Origin: the human T2T-CHM13v2.0 reference genome, Homo sapiens
Assembly: GCF_009914755.1 (NCBI RefSeq)
Contig: NC_060927.1
Direction: 5' to 3' (one strand)
Length of the DNA stretch: 64,000 bases
The stretch's first letter is position 1, and every line of letters begins with the position of its first letter. Shown here piece by piece: positions 29,110 through 44,799 of the stretch. The notes beneath the pieces are model-generated. The model was given only the letters and a program-made list of their open reading frames with translations. It did not search any database and had not been told where the DNA came from. The translations under genes and the position numbers were made by a program.

Positions 29110-29425
29110 CCCCAGGGAGTTTAAAACATGTTCACACAAAAACTTGTACACGTGTGTTCACAGGAGCATTACTCCTAATAACTAAAAAATCAACTGAGGA
29201 ATGAACAACGTATGGTAGATCCACACAACAGAATAGTATTCTGCCATAAAAAGAATTTAAATACATGACTACTAATTGGTACAGGTTTCTTTTTGAGGTG
29301 ATAAAACGTTCTGAAATTAGATAATAGGGATAATTGTGCAAATTAATAAGTGCACTAAACATTCAATTTAAATTTTGATAGGGTGACTTTTATGGAATAC
29401 GAATTATATCACAATAAAAAAGAAA
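29110..29425 (+). mobile_element. L1MB 3' fragment within an L2
   Basis: gttcacacaaaaacttgtacacgtgtgttcacagg...aggtttctttttgaggtgataaaacgttctgaaattagat. Confidence 0.7.
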
Positions 29426-31039
29426 TAACTAGATAAAAAAATGTAGAGGGAATAACCTGACAAATAAGAGGAACTGAAAAAAGCCTGGTGTTGCTTGAGC
29501 AGAGAGCAGAGGGCATTGTGGGAGGTGAAGCTGGAAAGAGGGAGGGGTCAGACCAGGCAGAGCCTCATGGGATGTCAAGTGTGCTCTTCTTTTATCCACT
29601 CTCTATTGGTCTCCATTACCACACGGATCCTGTTCTCTTTTGCTGTGTATTCTAACCCAACTCTACCCGAGAAACTTCATTGCCATTTTTCTCCACAAAG
29701 TAATCTCCCCTCAATCAACTCTGCTTTCTTATCCCTGAAGCACACCAGGCTTGTTTTTTTGCCACTTCATCGTTTCCATGTTGTTCCACACGTGAAATAC
29801 CTTCTGTCTGATCTGCTCTGAATTACACAAAAGAGGCAGTACACATCCCAGAGGGGGGCAGCTCTCTTGCTTAGCACAACACCTGGAGGACTGTTTTCGA
29901 CGAGAGAGACGAGGTCCCTCAATATGGTGTTGATTTGTTAGAAAAAAGGAGGCATCTTTCCCTGAAAAATAAAGCCACAGAGATATTGCTTTCAGAGGTT
30001 GTAATTTGAGGATTCTGGGAAAGGAGAGAATGGAAAAGGATATCAAAGAAGGATAAATCTTGAGACACGGAAGTTAAAGAATGAGAGGAATCAGGGGAAC
30101 CCCTGTGAAGATTAGACTTGCATTTTCCTTTGGGATTCAGGAACCATCATACAGTATGCACAGTTTCAAGTTTTTTTTTTTCCCTACATTTTAATTATCA
30201 TATCTAATAGTTATCCCCAAATTTTAGGGAAAATCACAGCCATGACTTAATCATTGATTGTTGGCTGATTTCTGTGACTTCTTTTTGGTTATCCTGAAAT
30301 AAATACCAGTTTCTCATAGGCCCATTCCAAAGGCAGAATAAAAAGTGTCCTGTTAATAGTATCTGAGGAACAGAATACATTTCTTCCTGTAAAACATGTT
30401 TATGAGTTTGTTGTATGTACCAGATTCATTTATAAGTGCTGGTGATTCTGAAGTATATGAGGCAAAGTCCCAGACCTCAGGGAGCTTCCACTCCGTATCA
30501 CTCTTGAATATTTATAAAATCCCTTCTGCTTACCAGGCACTGGCCACACAATGGAACAGAACAGAAGAAACTCAACAGGGCCTTTGGCAAATCTTGCTTA
30601 ATGGTCTTGCTCACTGCTTTGTGTAAAACATAGAGCAAACTAGAGTGTGCATAATTTATCGACTAGGAACCAAGTCATGTAAGGTCTCTAAAATAGCAGT
30701 AGAGTTGTCAATCCTGGGTCTCCTAGCAAAGATACACAAAAAAGTATTCTCTTCCTCTACTAAACGAGAGCAGCCACTTCTTCTCTAGTGTCCCATCCCC
30801 AACCCTTGGCGGTGGAGAAAATTTCATGATCACAGTCAGTTCTACTGATATCATAGGCCAGCCTCCTGAGATACAAAAAGAATCAGATGAACTCATTCGA
30901 TGTGGTCACGGATGTAGGCTCTCTCTAAGGGATCCCAAACAGCTCACATCTGCACCTGGGCTCGGTTTGCTTATAAGAAATTTGAGGTAACAACAGAGCT
31001 TTATATTTCTATCATGGAAAAATCACGGGATTAAAAAAA

Positions 31040-31420
31040 TACATATTTTGAAATAGTTTGACTCACAAGAAGTTCTCATGTTTCTTTCACCTTGCTTTCT
31101 CAATGATATTATCTCACAGGACTATAGTAAGTTAACACCAAGAAATCAACATTGGTACAATTCTATGAATTCAAATAGAGATTGTAATTCAGATTTTACC
31201 AGCTTCTACATGTACTTTTTCCTTCCTGATGTATAGCTCTATGGAATTTTTATCATGTATGTAGATTCTAGTAGACATGGCCCCACTCAGGATACAGAAT
31301 TGTCCTGTCATCACCAGGCATCTCTCTCGTGTTACCCCTTAAGAGTTGCACCATACCCTCAACCCTAACCTCTGGCAACCAAGGTCTGATTCTCTATCAC
31401 TATAATTTTGTCACTTTGGG
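31040..31420 (-). mobile_element. L1MC/MD 3' fragment
   Basis: aagaaatcaacattggtacaat...caggatacagaattgt...ccctaacctctggcaacc. Confidence 0.6.
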
Positions 31421-33098
31421 AGTAACAATAGACTTTAAAAAAAAATATACAAGTTCACTCTTTCCTTTAAAGAGAACAAGCTTCATTATATTTGGATTTT
31501 TTTGAGGGGTGGTACTTACAATTAATACTACTTCCCACCAACAAACTCTCTGCTCCTTTTCTGCTGTTCTCTTTCTTTATATTCTACATTCTCAAATCTC
31601 TGAAGAGAACCCCACCCCTGAGCTAAGTCATCTCAGGGAATTCAGATTTCTTTATTACTTTGCGGTCTAAGCCTCTCATTGACCCTAGCACAGTGAGAAG
31701 GAAAAGATTAACATATATTTCTACCAGGTTCAAGAGCTTAGGATACTCATGCTAGTATAGGGAAAGGGAAAAAGAAGACAAAGAAAAAAACAATCTAGAG
31801 AGAGTTCTGCTTCAGGCCCTCTTCTGGCCACAGTAGAACAAATAGAGATTTATTTCAGGTTTTGAGGATTTTGGAAAGCCCTTGAAAGTTAAGACCGAAG
31901 ATATTTTAGAGGCACTTGTACACACAGCCTGCTTCACATACTATGCCTACGTCAATGTGGCAGATGATGTCTTCAAAAGTAATTTTTAAAAAGTTTGGGT
32001 TGGAAAAAAAAAACCTTAGGATATACTATGATTATATTCTATGATGCTACTTCAAGTAAATTCAGTGGAAGCTACTGTCACTCCATGGATACCCGTGTGG
32101 GAATAGTCACGATGTTCCATAGTTACCAAATGCAATCTAAAGCAAGATGGTGAAAGAATCATTTCACAAAATGCTATGTCATGTCACAATATGGAGAAGC
32201 TGCCTGAAAAGAAATTAATGCCAAGTAATTCTGCCAAAAGTATGCAGACTTAATACATTTTCCTGTCTATTAAAATTTTCTGGAAGGCTCTCTATGAAAG
32301 GAACATGCTAAACACATCGTTCTTTAGTCCTGTTCTCTTCCATAAATACAGAAATGCTTCCAGAAAGTGAGGAATTAAATATGCAAGCACCAACGAGTAG
32401 AGGAATATGAGTTAAGAATTCTTTAAATGAGTTTGTAATTTTTTCAGTCAACAAATATGTTCAACTTTGATTTCAGTTCAACTTAACAAATACATGGGGG
32501 ACGCTTACTTCATGCCAGGCATCATGCAACTTAAGATGCTGCTCAATGGAAATGGAAAGGAGAGGAGAGGAGCCTCTCTGGAAGGTCTATGGAAGTCGCC
32601 CCTTGGCCAAGAAAAGGAAAAAACAAGAGTGTAAAGGGAGGGACTAGATCTTCCCACCACAGCGGCATCCCCTTTGGAAGTTCGTGGTCCAAACCTCGTG
32701 TGGAATCCTGAATCTCACTTCCTACCACCCTGTGAAGAACTAAATGTTCACTCTGCACCATCTGCCCTCATAAAGAACCTCATAAAGGTTCTCTGATTAT
32801 TTGCTCCCTCTCCTACCTCGCCTTTTTCTTTTCCACCTTCTTCCCACCCTTGTTGACAGTATCTTCCACCCTCCTCTGGAGCCTTCTCAACATTTACCCA
32901 AACTTTAAAGGGCCCATTCAAGTGCCAATATATCCATGAAACCTTTCTTTACTTCCTTCCAGCTCCTGGGCCCCTCTGAAGTCTCCTGGGAGGGGCACTG
33001 CCATTTACTAAATATCCATTAAGAGTCAAATATTTCAGTATGTATTATCTAATTTAATCCCCTCTGAGGTGACAAGGCATTCAAATGAAGACAGAAGG

Positions 33099-33390
<292 letters not shown>

Positions 33391-34139
33391 GATAAACGGG
33401 AGCTCACAAAGCTACAATAGCCTCATTTTGATACAGCTGGAGTGATATAGCCACTCCGTTCTGATTCTGAAGCCCATGATCATTCATGATCTGCTCTTGC
33501 TACCTGCAACTTTCATTTACAGGTTTTTATCTTCACCTGGTTGCCTTACTTCATGCCTGATAAATCATCATCAAATAGAGATAAATCTCTAACTTGCCTT
33601 GCTATTTAGAATAGTTTTTAGATAGAAGTTACTCAATAATTACTGCTTAGTAGGTTTTTCCCCTTTGTTCCCTTTTCACCCAACTCCAGGTTTGCCTGGA
33701 TGACTAATTCTTTAAGCAGCCAAAGAGGCTCCCTTCTCAGAACAAAGTACACTCAAGTGAGAAAGAAATACTCAGCCATTCACACAGGAAAAGCAATGAG
33801 ACCAGAGACAGAGGCAGGCTCGGAAGATGGCTCCCGAGCATGGGTACTGCCTTCATTTCTGGTGTTCACAAAACAAGAAGGTGGCAGAGTCAAAAGGACT
33901 TTTGGAAGTCAACATCCTGTCCTCACACCCTACAGAAAAGAGCCCAAAGTCCTGTGAGATAAAGTTGCTCACACAGTCTCACTCATGGTTCTTTCCCCAT
34001 CCTGTCTTCCAAATTACTTATTTTCCCCCTAATTATAGAAGCATATATACTCAATGTCAGAATTGTGAAATATAGTGAAACATATGAAAAAGAGGGGAAA
34101 AATACACCAAGACTCTACTGAACCCCCTACCTAGTGTCC

Positions 34140-34620
34140 ATATTGGGCTTTCCTTGGTTTGACCCATCCATATTTCTTGCTTCATCTTCCATGGTTCACT
34201 GCCTAAGTCTCCAGGCACAAGGCCTTGTTTCAATTCTTGTCAAGTGCCTTGTTCTTCCTTAGTTTTTACCTTGGACCTCATAATCTTGGTCCTACTACCT
34301 CCCACCCTCTTTCCCACTTGCCTTTAATTCTCTACTCTGCCTTTAATTCTCAACTTAATCATCTCTTCCTCAGAGAAGGCTGTCCTGATCTCCCAGGCTA
34401 GGCCAGCTTTGCCCTTAACTAATTTCTTTGCACCATGTAAACTGTGCATGTGAATTTCTCCTCAACTGTATGTACTCTGGTCAGCTTTCTAATTTCTCCT
34501 TTTCTTTCTCGCTTCCCTTATGACACTGTTGTTCTTTTGACCTCTAGTGCCAACCACTATGCTCACCATGCGGGCCAAATAGAAGCTTGGTAAATGGTTG
34601 TGGAAATAATGAATAATTAT
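34140..34620 (+). mobile_element. L2 fragment
   Basis: catctcttcctcagagaaggctgtcctga...tagtgcc...taaatggttgtggaaataatgaat. Confidence 0.55.
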
Positions 34621-35469
34621 TACTACTGTTAATTATTTCCTTCCATTTTCTCTCTGCTTTCTGATCTTTTCATTCTGTCTCTCTCTGCACACATATATAT
34701 ATCCACCCACCCGCCCACTTAGTTATGTTTACAACTCATTTGAAAAACCTCAGTTTTTCAAAATTTTGCATACTGCTTTTGTAAGTAACATGTCAATGAT
34801 CAGTTTAACATTTCAAGAGGGTTTTTTTTGTAAAAGATTTTCCAATAATTGCATACACTTGTATATAAATGTAATATAATTAACACATTTCCCTTTTATT
34901 GGCCGTTCTAGATTTTCTAATTTCTCAAAATGTAAATAGTACTGCAATAAGTGTGCAAACAGTTGTTTGAATTTTGTATTCTTTTTTGGAAGGATTCCTG
35001 AAAGTGAAATAAGTGGGTTAAAAGGAATAAACAACCCAAGAACTCAAGAATTACTCAATGGTCAAAACTTTGTTAACTACTCAACGGTCAATGAGACTAC
35101 TCAATGGTCAAAACTCTGTTAACCGAACCCATTAAAAATATTTTCTGTAACCTCCCAGAAGTTTTTGCCTTTCTCCACTCTATTCTGCCTCTTCAAGCAC
35201 TGTTCATGCTTCAAGGTCTGGTTCAAATCTTACCTCCTCAAAGAAGCTCTCAACTCCTTTTGCACTTCTTATCTGCATCTTTCTCACGTGTATTTGTTAA
35301 CCTTAATATTAAGGTGCAAATGCCTGAACTTTGTCTAACACACTTTTCTGTTTTCATATGGTTCTTAGCAGACTGCCTAGTATGTGGTAGAATTCCTTAA
35401 GACAAAAAGGTTGATTGATAGATATAGAGAACTGTTACTTTCAGAAGATCGAGCAAGTTTTCATTTGGG

Positions 35470-35900
35470 GAACTTTGCCTTTTCTGCCTGGTGGGAGCTG
35501 TCATTCATATGGCCCCAACTTTGCTAACTCAGGATTGGACAAGATACTCAGATGGGCCAATGAGAGCCTTTCCTGAGATGTTTGGCTAAAGCTGTTGGGC
35601 AAGAACCTTACTGTTGGGATGCTAAGCTGGAGAAATAATGCAGGTTGCAACTACTGCTGGCCAGGATTCCTCCCCATGGATAAAGCCCATGTGAGAATAA
35701 AACCAGGGGAAGGCAGAGTCAAAGGAAAGAGAGAGAATTCTGAAGATGTTGTTTGAGTACCTGAACGCAACTGCCGTAAGCCACAAGCTCTGCCTCTTGA
35801 ATTTCCTTCTCACATGAAACAGTAAATTCTTCTCCCCTCTTTTTTAAGTTAGTTTGAATTGAGTATCTGTTACTTGCAATTAAATGGGATCTTACTGCCG
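35470..35900 (+). mobile_element. Old MaLR LTR (MLT1J/K-like)
   Basis: gggccaatgagagcctttcctgaga...tttgagtacctga...agtttgaattgagtatctgttacttgcaa. Confidence 0.65.
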
Positions 35901-36870
35901 CAACTGTACTGTGGAGACCTATAATGAATAGTAATATACATTGCCAATAAGCATGTTATTCTGTCTATTTAGTTGCCATTTTAAATTAAACACTGCTCAT
36001 CTTTGCAATGGGAGTTACATACTAATTCCCAAGAAAGGTTAATTTTTATGAGTTTGTAAGCCCTTAGGAATCATTTTTTATCCAATATTTGCCTCTCGGC
36101 CCTGGTTTTTCCCTCGAGCCATCTTGCTGTTTGACTTTAAGAAAATGAAAGTTAGTGATTTCACATTACATTTTAATTATTTCTTTCAGAATAAACCAAA
36201 TTAAATTTTAAAAGCTAAAGACATTTTCTGCTCTTGAACTTAGAGCTGTAGCTTTTAATGAAATCTGCTGCAGTCTTTTTTTAATTTTAATACATTTTCT
36301 ACATCTCACTGTGTAGCCTTTTTTTTCACAAAGATTATCAATGTTTAATTTTGCTTTATTATGATGTTCTTTTTATGAGAGTCACAGAGAAACTTCTCTT
36401 CTGCGAAGGTATTTCCTGGTAATACATGTTCTAATTTCACCTCCGACAAACTTGGTTTAAGCTTTACAATTCTAGTCAATGGAATATTTTCTCCTCTGAG
36501 ACACTCTAAATTTAGTCAAAAAATCTGATTGAAGCAGCTTATCTCTAGAAGAATCAAATTATTTGTGAGGTACTTGTTTTTTAATATAGTCTGTCCAATC
36601 CCACTCTATCCACTGAAGCAGGCTTACGTCATTCCTCATAAATTTAACCTGTCTCTACCTGAGATAAGTCTATCCGTACTCTTTAACCACGCAAAATGTT
36701 TCTTCTCAACCATAAATAGAGTCTAGGGTTACTTTTTCTTTGAACAGAACAACTTGAAAGAAAATAAGTATTTTTATTGCTTATTCACTACACATACAGA
36801 CACTTAAAAAAACCATATAATATTCAAGCATATAAAATAGACATAAAAATCCTGAGAGAATCATTTTTAA

Positions 36871-37216
<346 letters not shown>

Positions 37217-40012
37217 TAAATATATATACACACTTGGAATGAAACCACATATACTATCCTATATTGCCCCACTCCAATATACACATATTTAGCACCTCAT
37301 GTTTTTTTCTGCAATGCAGAAATAAATTATTTAATGCAGATATACATCATTCCTTATATGGCAGCTTAGTATTCTAGTAGGTGAATGTACCTTAATACAA
37401 TCAATCTACTTCTAGACCTTTAGGGTATTTTGAGATTTGTGCTAATATAAATAACGTCCTGACCAATACCCTATTATATATATTATTGACATGATTACCA
37501 GATAATTTCCTTAAATGTACAACAAATATTTTCCTAAAATTTGAAGTAGCATTGCTGGATTAAAAGGTAGGCACATTAAAAGATTTTATGCATATTGCCA
37601 GACATTCCTCAAAGAAAATTATAAAAAATTACAACCTCACCAAAAATTAACAGTGAGGGCCTATTCTCTTCACTATTAAAATCTCTAGGCCAATGTTTCT
37701 AGAAGTGTTTTCAGGACTGCCTGCCTTAGATGGTGATGCATGCACATCACTGGGTTTTACAGCCAGCCTACTAGACAGTAATCAAAATGGATTGAGTCTA
37801 GGAATCTCCATTTGCACAAGTCTGAGAAATACTACCCTGCCCATATCACTTTAAAAGATAGTTACTGAACAGATGGCTAAAGATATCTTTTTCTCTCTTA
37901 AAGGACATTTATTTGTATATATCTTTATATATATATATATATTATAGGTTATTTCTCTATCTCAACTGTCAGTATTTATATTTTGTCCATTTTTCTTTTG
38001 GGATGGGGTTTCATTTTTATTGATTTATATAATCTTCTTATATATTAATGATATTAACTTTCTGCCAATCACATATCTTATAAATATGTGTTTTTATTTT
38101 TGTGACTTTTGTGGTGGGATTTTTTTTTTGCCATATAAAAGTTTATAACTTTTGCAGAGTTAAATCATTCTTTATAATTTCCTGACCTTCCCCCAAAATA
38201 AAACCCCTCTTTGAGATGATCTTCTACTACTTAGTTAATTTTTTTAACCAATTTAGAATTTTTTGGTTATGTTTTTTAAATAAAAAGCTAATTTTCTAAA
38301 CATCATTCACTGAAAAGTCTTCTAATATTGCATTCCCCGAAACACTAAATGCTAGAAGTCTGATGCCACATTGATGTTTTTCCTGTCTATAAGACCATTT
38401 TCTTCCTGTCCGTAAGACCATTCAGAAATTCTACCAAAATAAGGATACATTTCTTTATTTAGCATTTGGAAAGCTTGGTCAATATTTAAAAAAAAAAAAC
38501 CTTTCCTGTTCTTTTTTTAAATCTCAGACGTTTTCTTCTAATAGTTTTTTAAAAATAATTATTTCATTTTACTCTGTTCTCTTGATAATTTCTATTATCT
38601 AGAAGAAATTTGATGTCATGAAGCATTCCTCCATGTCAATTCTATTTCTAAAAGTTTACATATAAACTTTTAAGTATTATTACCAGAAAAAGTTTATGCA
38701 CATAGATGACTATGTTATCATTTGTACTCATAAAGAGAGAAATCTCTAAATATTCAGTACTATCTTTCAGCCAGTAAATAAAATATGGGTATGAAGAGCT
38801 AAGAGTAATATAAGAAAATACTTTTGTTTCAATGTTCTGAGCAAAAAGTAGATGCACACTTTTGTGTAGTAAGATTCCCATTACATCAAATGGTCACAAA
38901 AATATTCAAGGAAATACACCACACCCTTAACAGTTATTACTGGGATGTGAGACTATGGATGATCCTTTTTATTTTCTAAGTGTTTTTTGGCATGCTTTTA
39001 TAATAGGAAAACTAAACAATATTCTTACTTTAAAGCTAATCATAAGTATCAAATCAGCATCAATGATGCCTAGGAGTTAGGGAAAGCAATCATAAAGGCC
39101 CAGGAAAGGCTCCATCCAAGCTGAGACTTGTAGTGGGAATAGATGGGTCTGGTAGGACTGCAGAGCCATGCAAGGAAGGAAGGAATGAAATTCGGAAGTG
39201 CAACCCTGAAAACTGCTTCAGCATCTTACAGATGTGAACTTCAACTGCACAGAGAGCTTGTTTCTTCTCTTTTAGAGCTTTGACATTCTATGGCTCTTCA
39301 TTTCATTTTTATTTTCACCTCTGGCAAAGAGAATTTCTCTTAACAGTTTTTCTTACGTTTTATGCAATGTTAGGACTTTCACCAAAAACATATAAAATGG
39401 CATGGATGAGATTATAAAAAGTTATTTGACATTAGTGTTTTTGTTTTGTCTTTTATTAATAAGGAAAAGATTATATTTGGCTTTTTTTCATTTTTCATGT
39501 GTTTCATTTATTTTTCACAAAAAGTCCTAAAACCTGTTTAACCATCTCTCTTGTTAGAATACCAAATCTCTTAAGTTTAACTAATAAACAGCTTTTCCTC
39601 TGCTTGAAAATTATTTAAAATTATTAATGATGTCTTTAATCAGAATAAAAACTAGTTTTTATTTCAGTATCTTCTTGTATTAGCACTCTAATATACAGTC
39701 AAATGACAAAAACTCAATGTCAAATAGTGTAAAATACAGTAATATGTTGGTCCGGATTCCCAGACTTCCAGAAGGACAAAGGTTGGAAACAAGGACTCAG
39801 ACACCATTGGTACACTTCTCTCCATCTCTTTTCCTCCTTCTTCCGCGTGGCAGCTTTATTGCCTCAGTCCATAAACACCCTCCTTCGCCTTACATAAAGG
39901 GGTATCCTAATAAAGTTCTGCCCAGAGAAGAAAAGACTCTTTCCTGACAATTCCTTTTAGAAGAGAACTGAGGAAGGACTTTCATTAGCCTAGCTTGGGT
40001 CATGTGCCCATC

Positions 40013-40417
40013 TGTATTAGTCTGTTCTTGCACTGCTATAAATAAATACCTGAGGCTAGGTAATTTATAAAGAAAAGAGGTTTAATTCTGCAGGCTGTAC
40101 AAGGAAACATGGCAACATCTGCATGGCTTCTAGGGAGGATTCAGGAAACTTACAATCATGGCAGAAGGCAGAGGGGGAAGTCAACACTTCACATGGCCAG
40201 AGCAGGAGGAAGAGATAAAGTGGGAAGGAGCCATACACTTTTAAACAACGAGATCTCATGAGAACTCACTATGCAATGACAGCACCAAGAGGGATGGTGT
40301 TAAACCATGAGAACCCATCCCCATGATCAAATCACCTCCTACCAGGCCCCACCTCCAACACTAGGGATTACAATTCAACATGAGATTTGGGTGGGGACAC
40401 TGATCCAAACCATATCA
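40013..40417 (-). mobile_element. MSTA solo LTR nested in an older MLT1
   Basis: tgtattagtc...gagatttgggtggggacac...ccaaaccatatca; perfect 5-bp TSD ccatc. Confidence 0.92.
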
Positions 40418-41754
40418 CCATCTTGAAACCAATCCTCTCTCAGTGAAATTGGTATATGGGTATAACAGGTGACCAGTCTTGTTCTCGCCTATGGATGGGG
40501 GCCTTTTTTTTTTTTTTAAGAAGAAGAGGGGAAGAAGGGAGGACTGAACAGACAAAAACAGTCAAAGGATTTTATATTTTTGACAGCAAAGGTGAGTTTT
40601 AGCTTCTCTTGGATTCTCCTAAACATGTTGGAAAAGATGATAGATTTGGGTTCAGATGTAGGAATCCTTGGGTAAATACACCATCCTGTAGATCATAGGA
40701 ACATTTCCAGAAAGTCTGTTTGCAAAACGAGTGTATGCCAAAGCATTTTACATTTGCACCAAAGAGCTAATATTTGATAGATGTTCAGATTATTCCACTA
40801 TAAAACATTGACTCAAATTCTTTATGGAGAGACATGTCTGTAACTGGCATGTCTCCCAGGTTACCAATCTAGGAACCAACTTACCAAAACAGATTCCTAA
40901 GTAGGCTACATGTGCCCAGAGAAGTTTTGATTCAGCAGGTAGGAAACCACTTTGAATCTAAAGATCAGGTTCAAATGGCCAAAATTAAAATTTTATGTTA
41001 GAAAAACGAATTCATTGAATATAATTTGCCATGATCGTGTTTTCTAAGATTTGTTCAAAATACTCAAGGACCAGGGATCTGTCTTTCATGAGAATCTGGG
41101 ACTCTGTTGGTACTGTCTCAGGTTGCTTCCAGAAAGCATTAAATGTTGTGACTAGGTCTTTGATCAAGATGGTCTGTCTGCCAGGCTGTCGGCATCAGGA
41201 ACACATTTCCCAGTGTGAACAGCCAAACGGTCAGTGATGCAGGCAAAAAGCACTCCTAATAGATCACATTCTCAAGTGAGTTGTACCTTTTTCTGGCTCA
41301 GAAAAGCCTGTGAGGCTATTTCTGACCCCTTCTCCATGCTCAAACTGAAAAGAGAATTAACTATGTTAGGCCAGTGCACTTGCACGTGGGGAGTCCTTAA
41401 GCGAGAGGACTTTCTGCATCATCTTTTCCTTCCAGTGTATTTGGGAGCGTAAATGTTTATTGGGCTATTCCAACAAATCTTTTCAAAAGATGTGTTACTA
41501 CCTAGAGGATATGTTGAGAAATGATAGCCATTGCTTCTTAAAAAGAAAAACAAAGCTAAGAGAATGTAAGTGCTTTGACATGTTGTGGTTTCAAATTGAG
41601 AATTTGATAAGTGGAAAAGTCAATAAAAATAATGAGTCTGCCAGGGAGAAGACAATATAGGCAGGTTTATAAAGTAATACTATTATGCAGAAATAAAATC
41701 CCCTATATTCTGAAAGGGTAGAAAACTAGCTAGTGTAGTTAAATAATACTGGAA

Positions 41755-42300
41755 AACTTCTGCTTCCTCCCAAGATGGGAATAACAGGGACTGCGTTTAC
41801 TCTCCTGCTGAAACAATTTTAAAAACTGGATAAAATGCATGAAGGTGGTTTTTGAGACCCTGAACATCAAGCAATGAAGGACAATAATCTCTGAAAGGCA
41901 GGAAAAAAATGAGGTGAGCCCTATGATTATGTTACCTTACTGCCTGTGAGATTTTCCAGTCTGCAACACAACATGGGGAAAACCAGGGAGAGCTTGCTGG
42001 ACATCCTGGGTTAAGGACATGGAGCTGAGATTTCAGGGAGACCAAGATAACTAGAGTTCTCAAGGCAGCATACTGAAGAGGAGAGAGCTGTACAGAGAGA
42101 GAACTGTGGGGATCTGCAGTGGGTCCCTCTTGAGTATAGCAGAGTACCAGTCAGTACATGTATGTGAGGGAACTACCTCCCTAAGGCTCCTGGAAGAACC
42201 TCCAGAAGAATTCAAGGAGAGATTCCTCAGGGCTCAGCAGGGGCTGAGAACGGAGCCAGTTTCATTTGATCACACAGGTTACTCCCAGATCAGTGAAATA
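41755..42300 (+). mobile_element. Isolated 5' end of an ancient L1M (L1MC-like)
   Basis: acttctgcttcc...caagatgg...aacagggactg...gaggtgagccctatgatt resembles old L1 5' UTRs. Confidence 0.55.
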
Positions 42301-42699
42301 CTCTGAGAAGTTTAAGCAGAGGAATATTTTGTTTTATCTGGTATTTAGATAAAATCCTTACCCAAAATGTCAAAGACCTGCTTTATAAGTATTAATATTA
42401 TCAGAAAATGGAAACAGGCCCATATCCGCAGTCAGGAGAAATGGGGCTATATTTATGGGCCAGGGACTTGATAATCTCCCCAGGCTTACAACTCAACAAA
42501 GAACGCTCGGCTAAAAACAGCACAATCTATGATTTTGATTCTCAATCCAACCATTTTTCTTTTACTCAATGTTGTTTCTTCCTAGCACTATGACCTGTGC
42601 TAAGACAACAAAATAGTAAATGTAGCATTTTCTCTTATCTGAGCATTAGGCCATCTGAAGTGTTAAAAGAGATTTAGGGAAGCTGCTTTGTGGGCTTCT

Positions 42700-43470
<771 letters not shown>

Positions 43471-43511
43471 TTTACTCTGTATTAGATCAAATGATGAAGT
43501 GTATCAGTTAG

Positions 43512-43515
<4 letters not shown>

Positions 43516-43556
<41 letters not shown>
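43516..43556. repeat. (TG)~20 microsatellite
   Basis: Perfect TG run. Confidence 0.97.
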
Positions 43557-43557
<1 letters not shown>

Positions 43558-44035
43558 GGGGGGGAATTTTTATATATTATCTGGTAAAGTTGGTAAACAT
43601 TAATGATTTAATTTCTGTAGAACTCTAATGATTTTTTTTAGAAAATATAATGGTCATTTTATTCTTAAAACTTGGTTTAAGATTTGGGGTAGTAATTCTG
43701 ATTTCATACTTTAATTGGGGAGGGGACCTCCTACCAAGGACAAATATGATCTGACCATTTTTATCATCTATCTAAAGCTTTTGAAAAATTTATATAACCC
43801 ATAGGTCTCTTATCTTTCATTTTTCAAAAGATAATTTCTCACTTGGAACGAGGATGATTTGGAGCTCACACTGTGAGAAGTTTACCAAGACCATTTTTTA
43901 TTGAATGCTGAGCACTTAGTGATCTGAGAATAGAGACACTTTCTCAAAGTTGGGTAGAAACGACCTTGCAAACAATTTAAAGAGACAAATAAGAAAAACA
44001 ATGGGTTAGGTTTTTGCTTGAATTAAGTTCTTTCA

Positions 44036-44354
<319 letters not shown>

Positions 44355-44799
44355 TTACTCACATAAATGTAACTGGGTTTCACACACTATTTCACTCCAT
44401 TGTTAGTATTATAGTGGCAGTATAGGGTTTTTTTCTTCTTTCTTCAATTCCCCTTTCTCCTCTCAAGGTTAAGTATAAAACAGAAAACAAATACTATTTC
44501 ACAGTGGCAGCTTCAGAATTTCTATAGAAGAGAGCACAGAGGCTGCAGTCTGGTTGGAAAAGGGGCCAGGGAACTTGTCATCAATGGTATTTGCTTCACA
44601 AGGATGCTATTCTTATGTTTAAATTAAAAGAAATCTAAAAATCGCAAAGTTTATTAAAGATGCTTTTATTCATATGTCATAGGTAATAGTGAGAAAATTT
44701 GTGTTTATAAACATTTATTTTTCTTTAGGATACCTTGGGGAAGTAGGATATTTTTTAAGGAAAAGGTGACAGGACTCCACAGCCACTGTTTCCTGGGCA

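Noticed and set aside
32017-32203. Minus-strand exon with a strong acceptor (ttaatttcttttcag)
   Set aside because: Stops in all three frames, poor donor, and no recognisable homology
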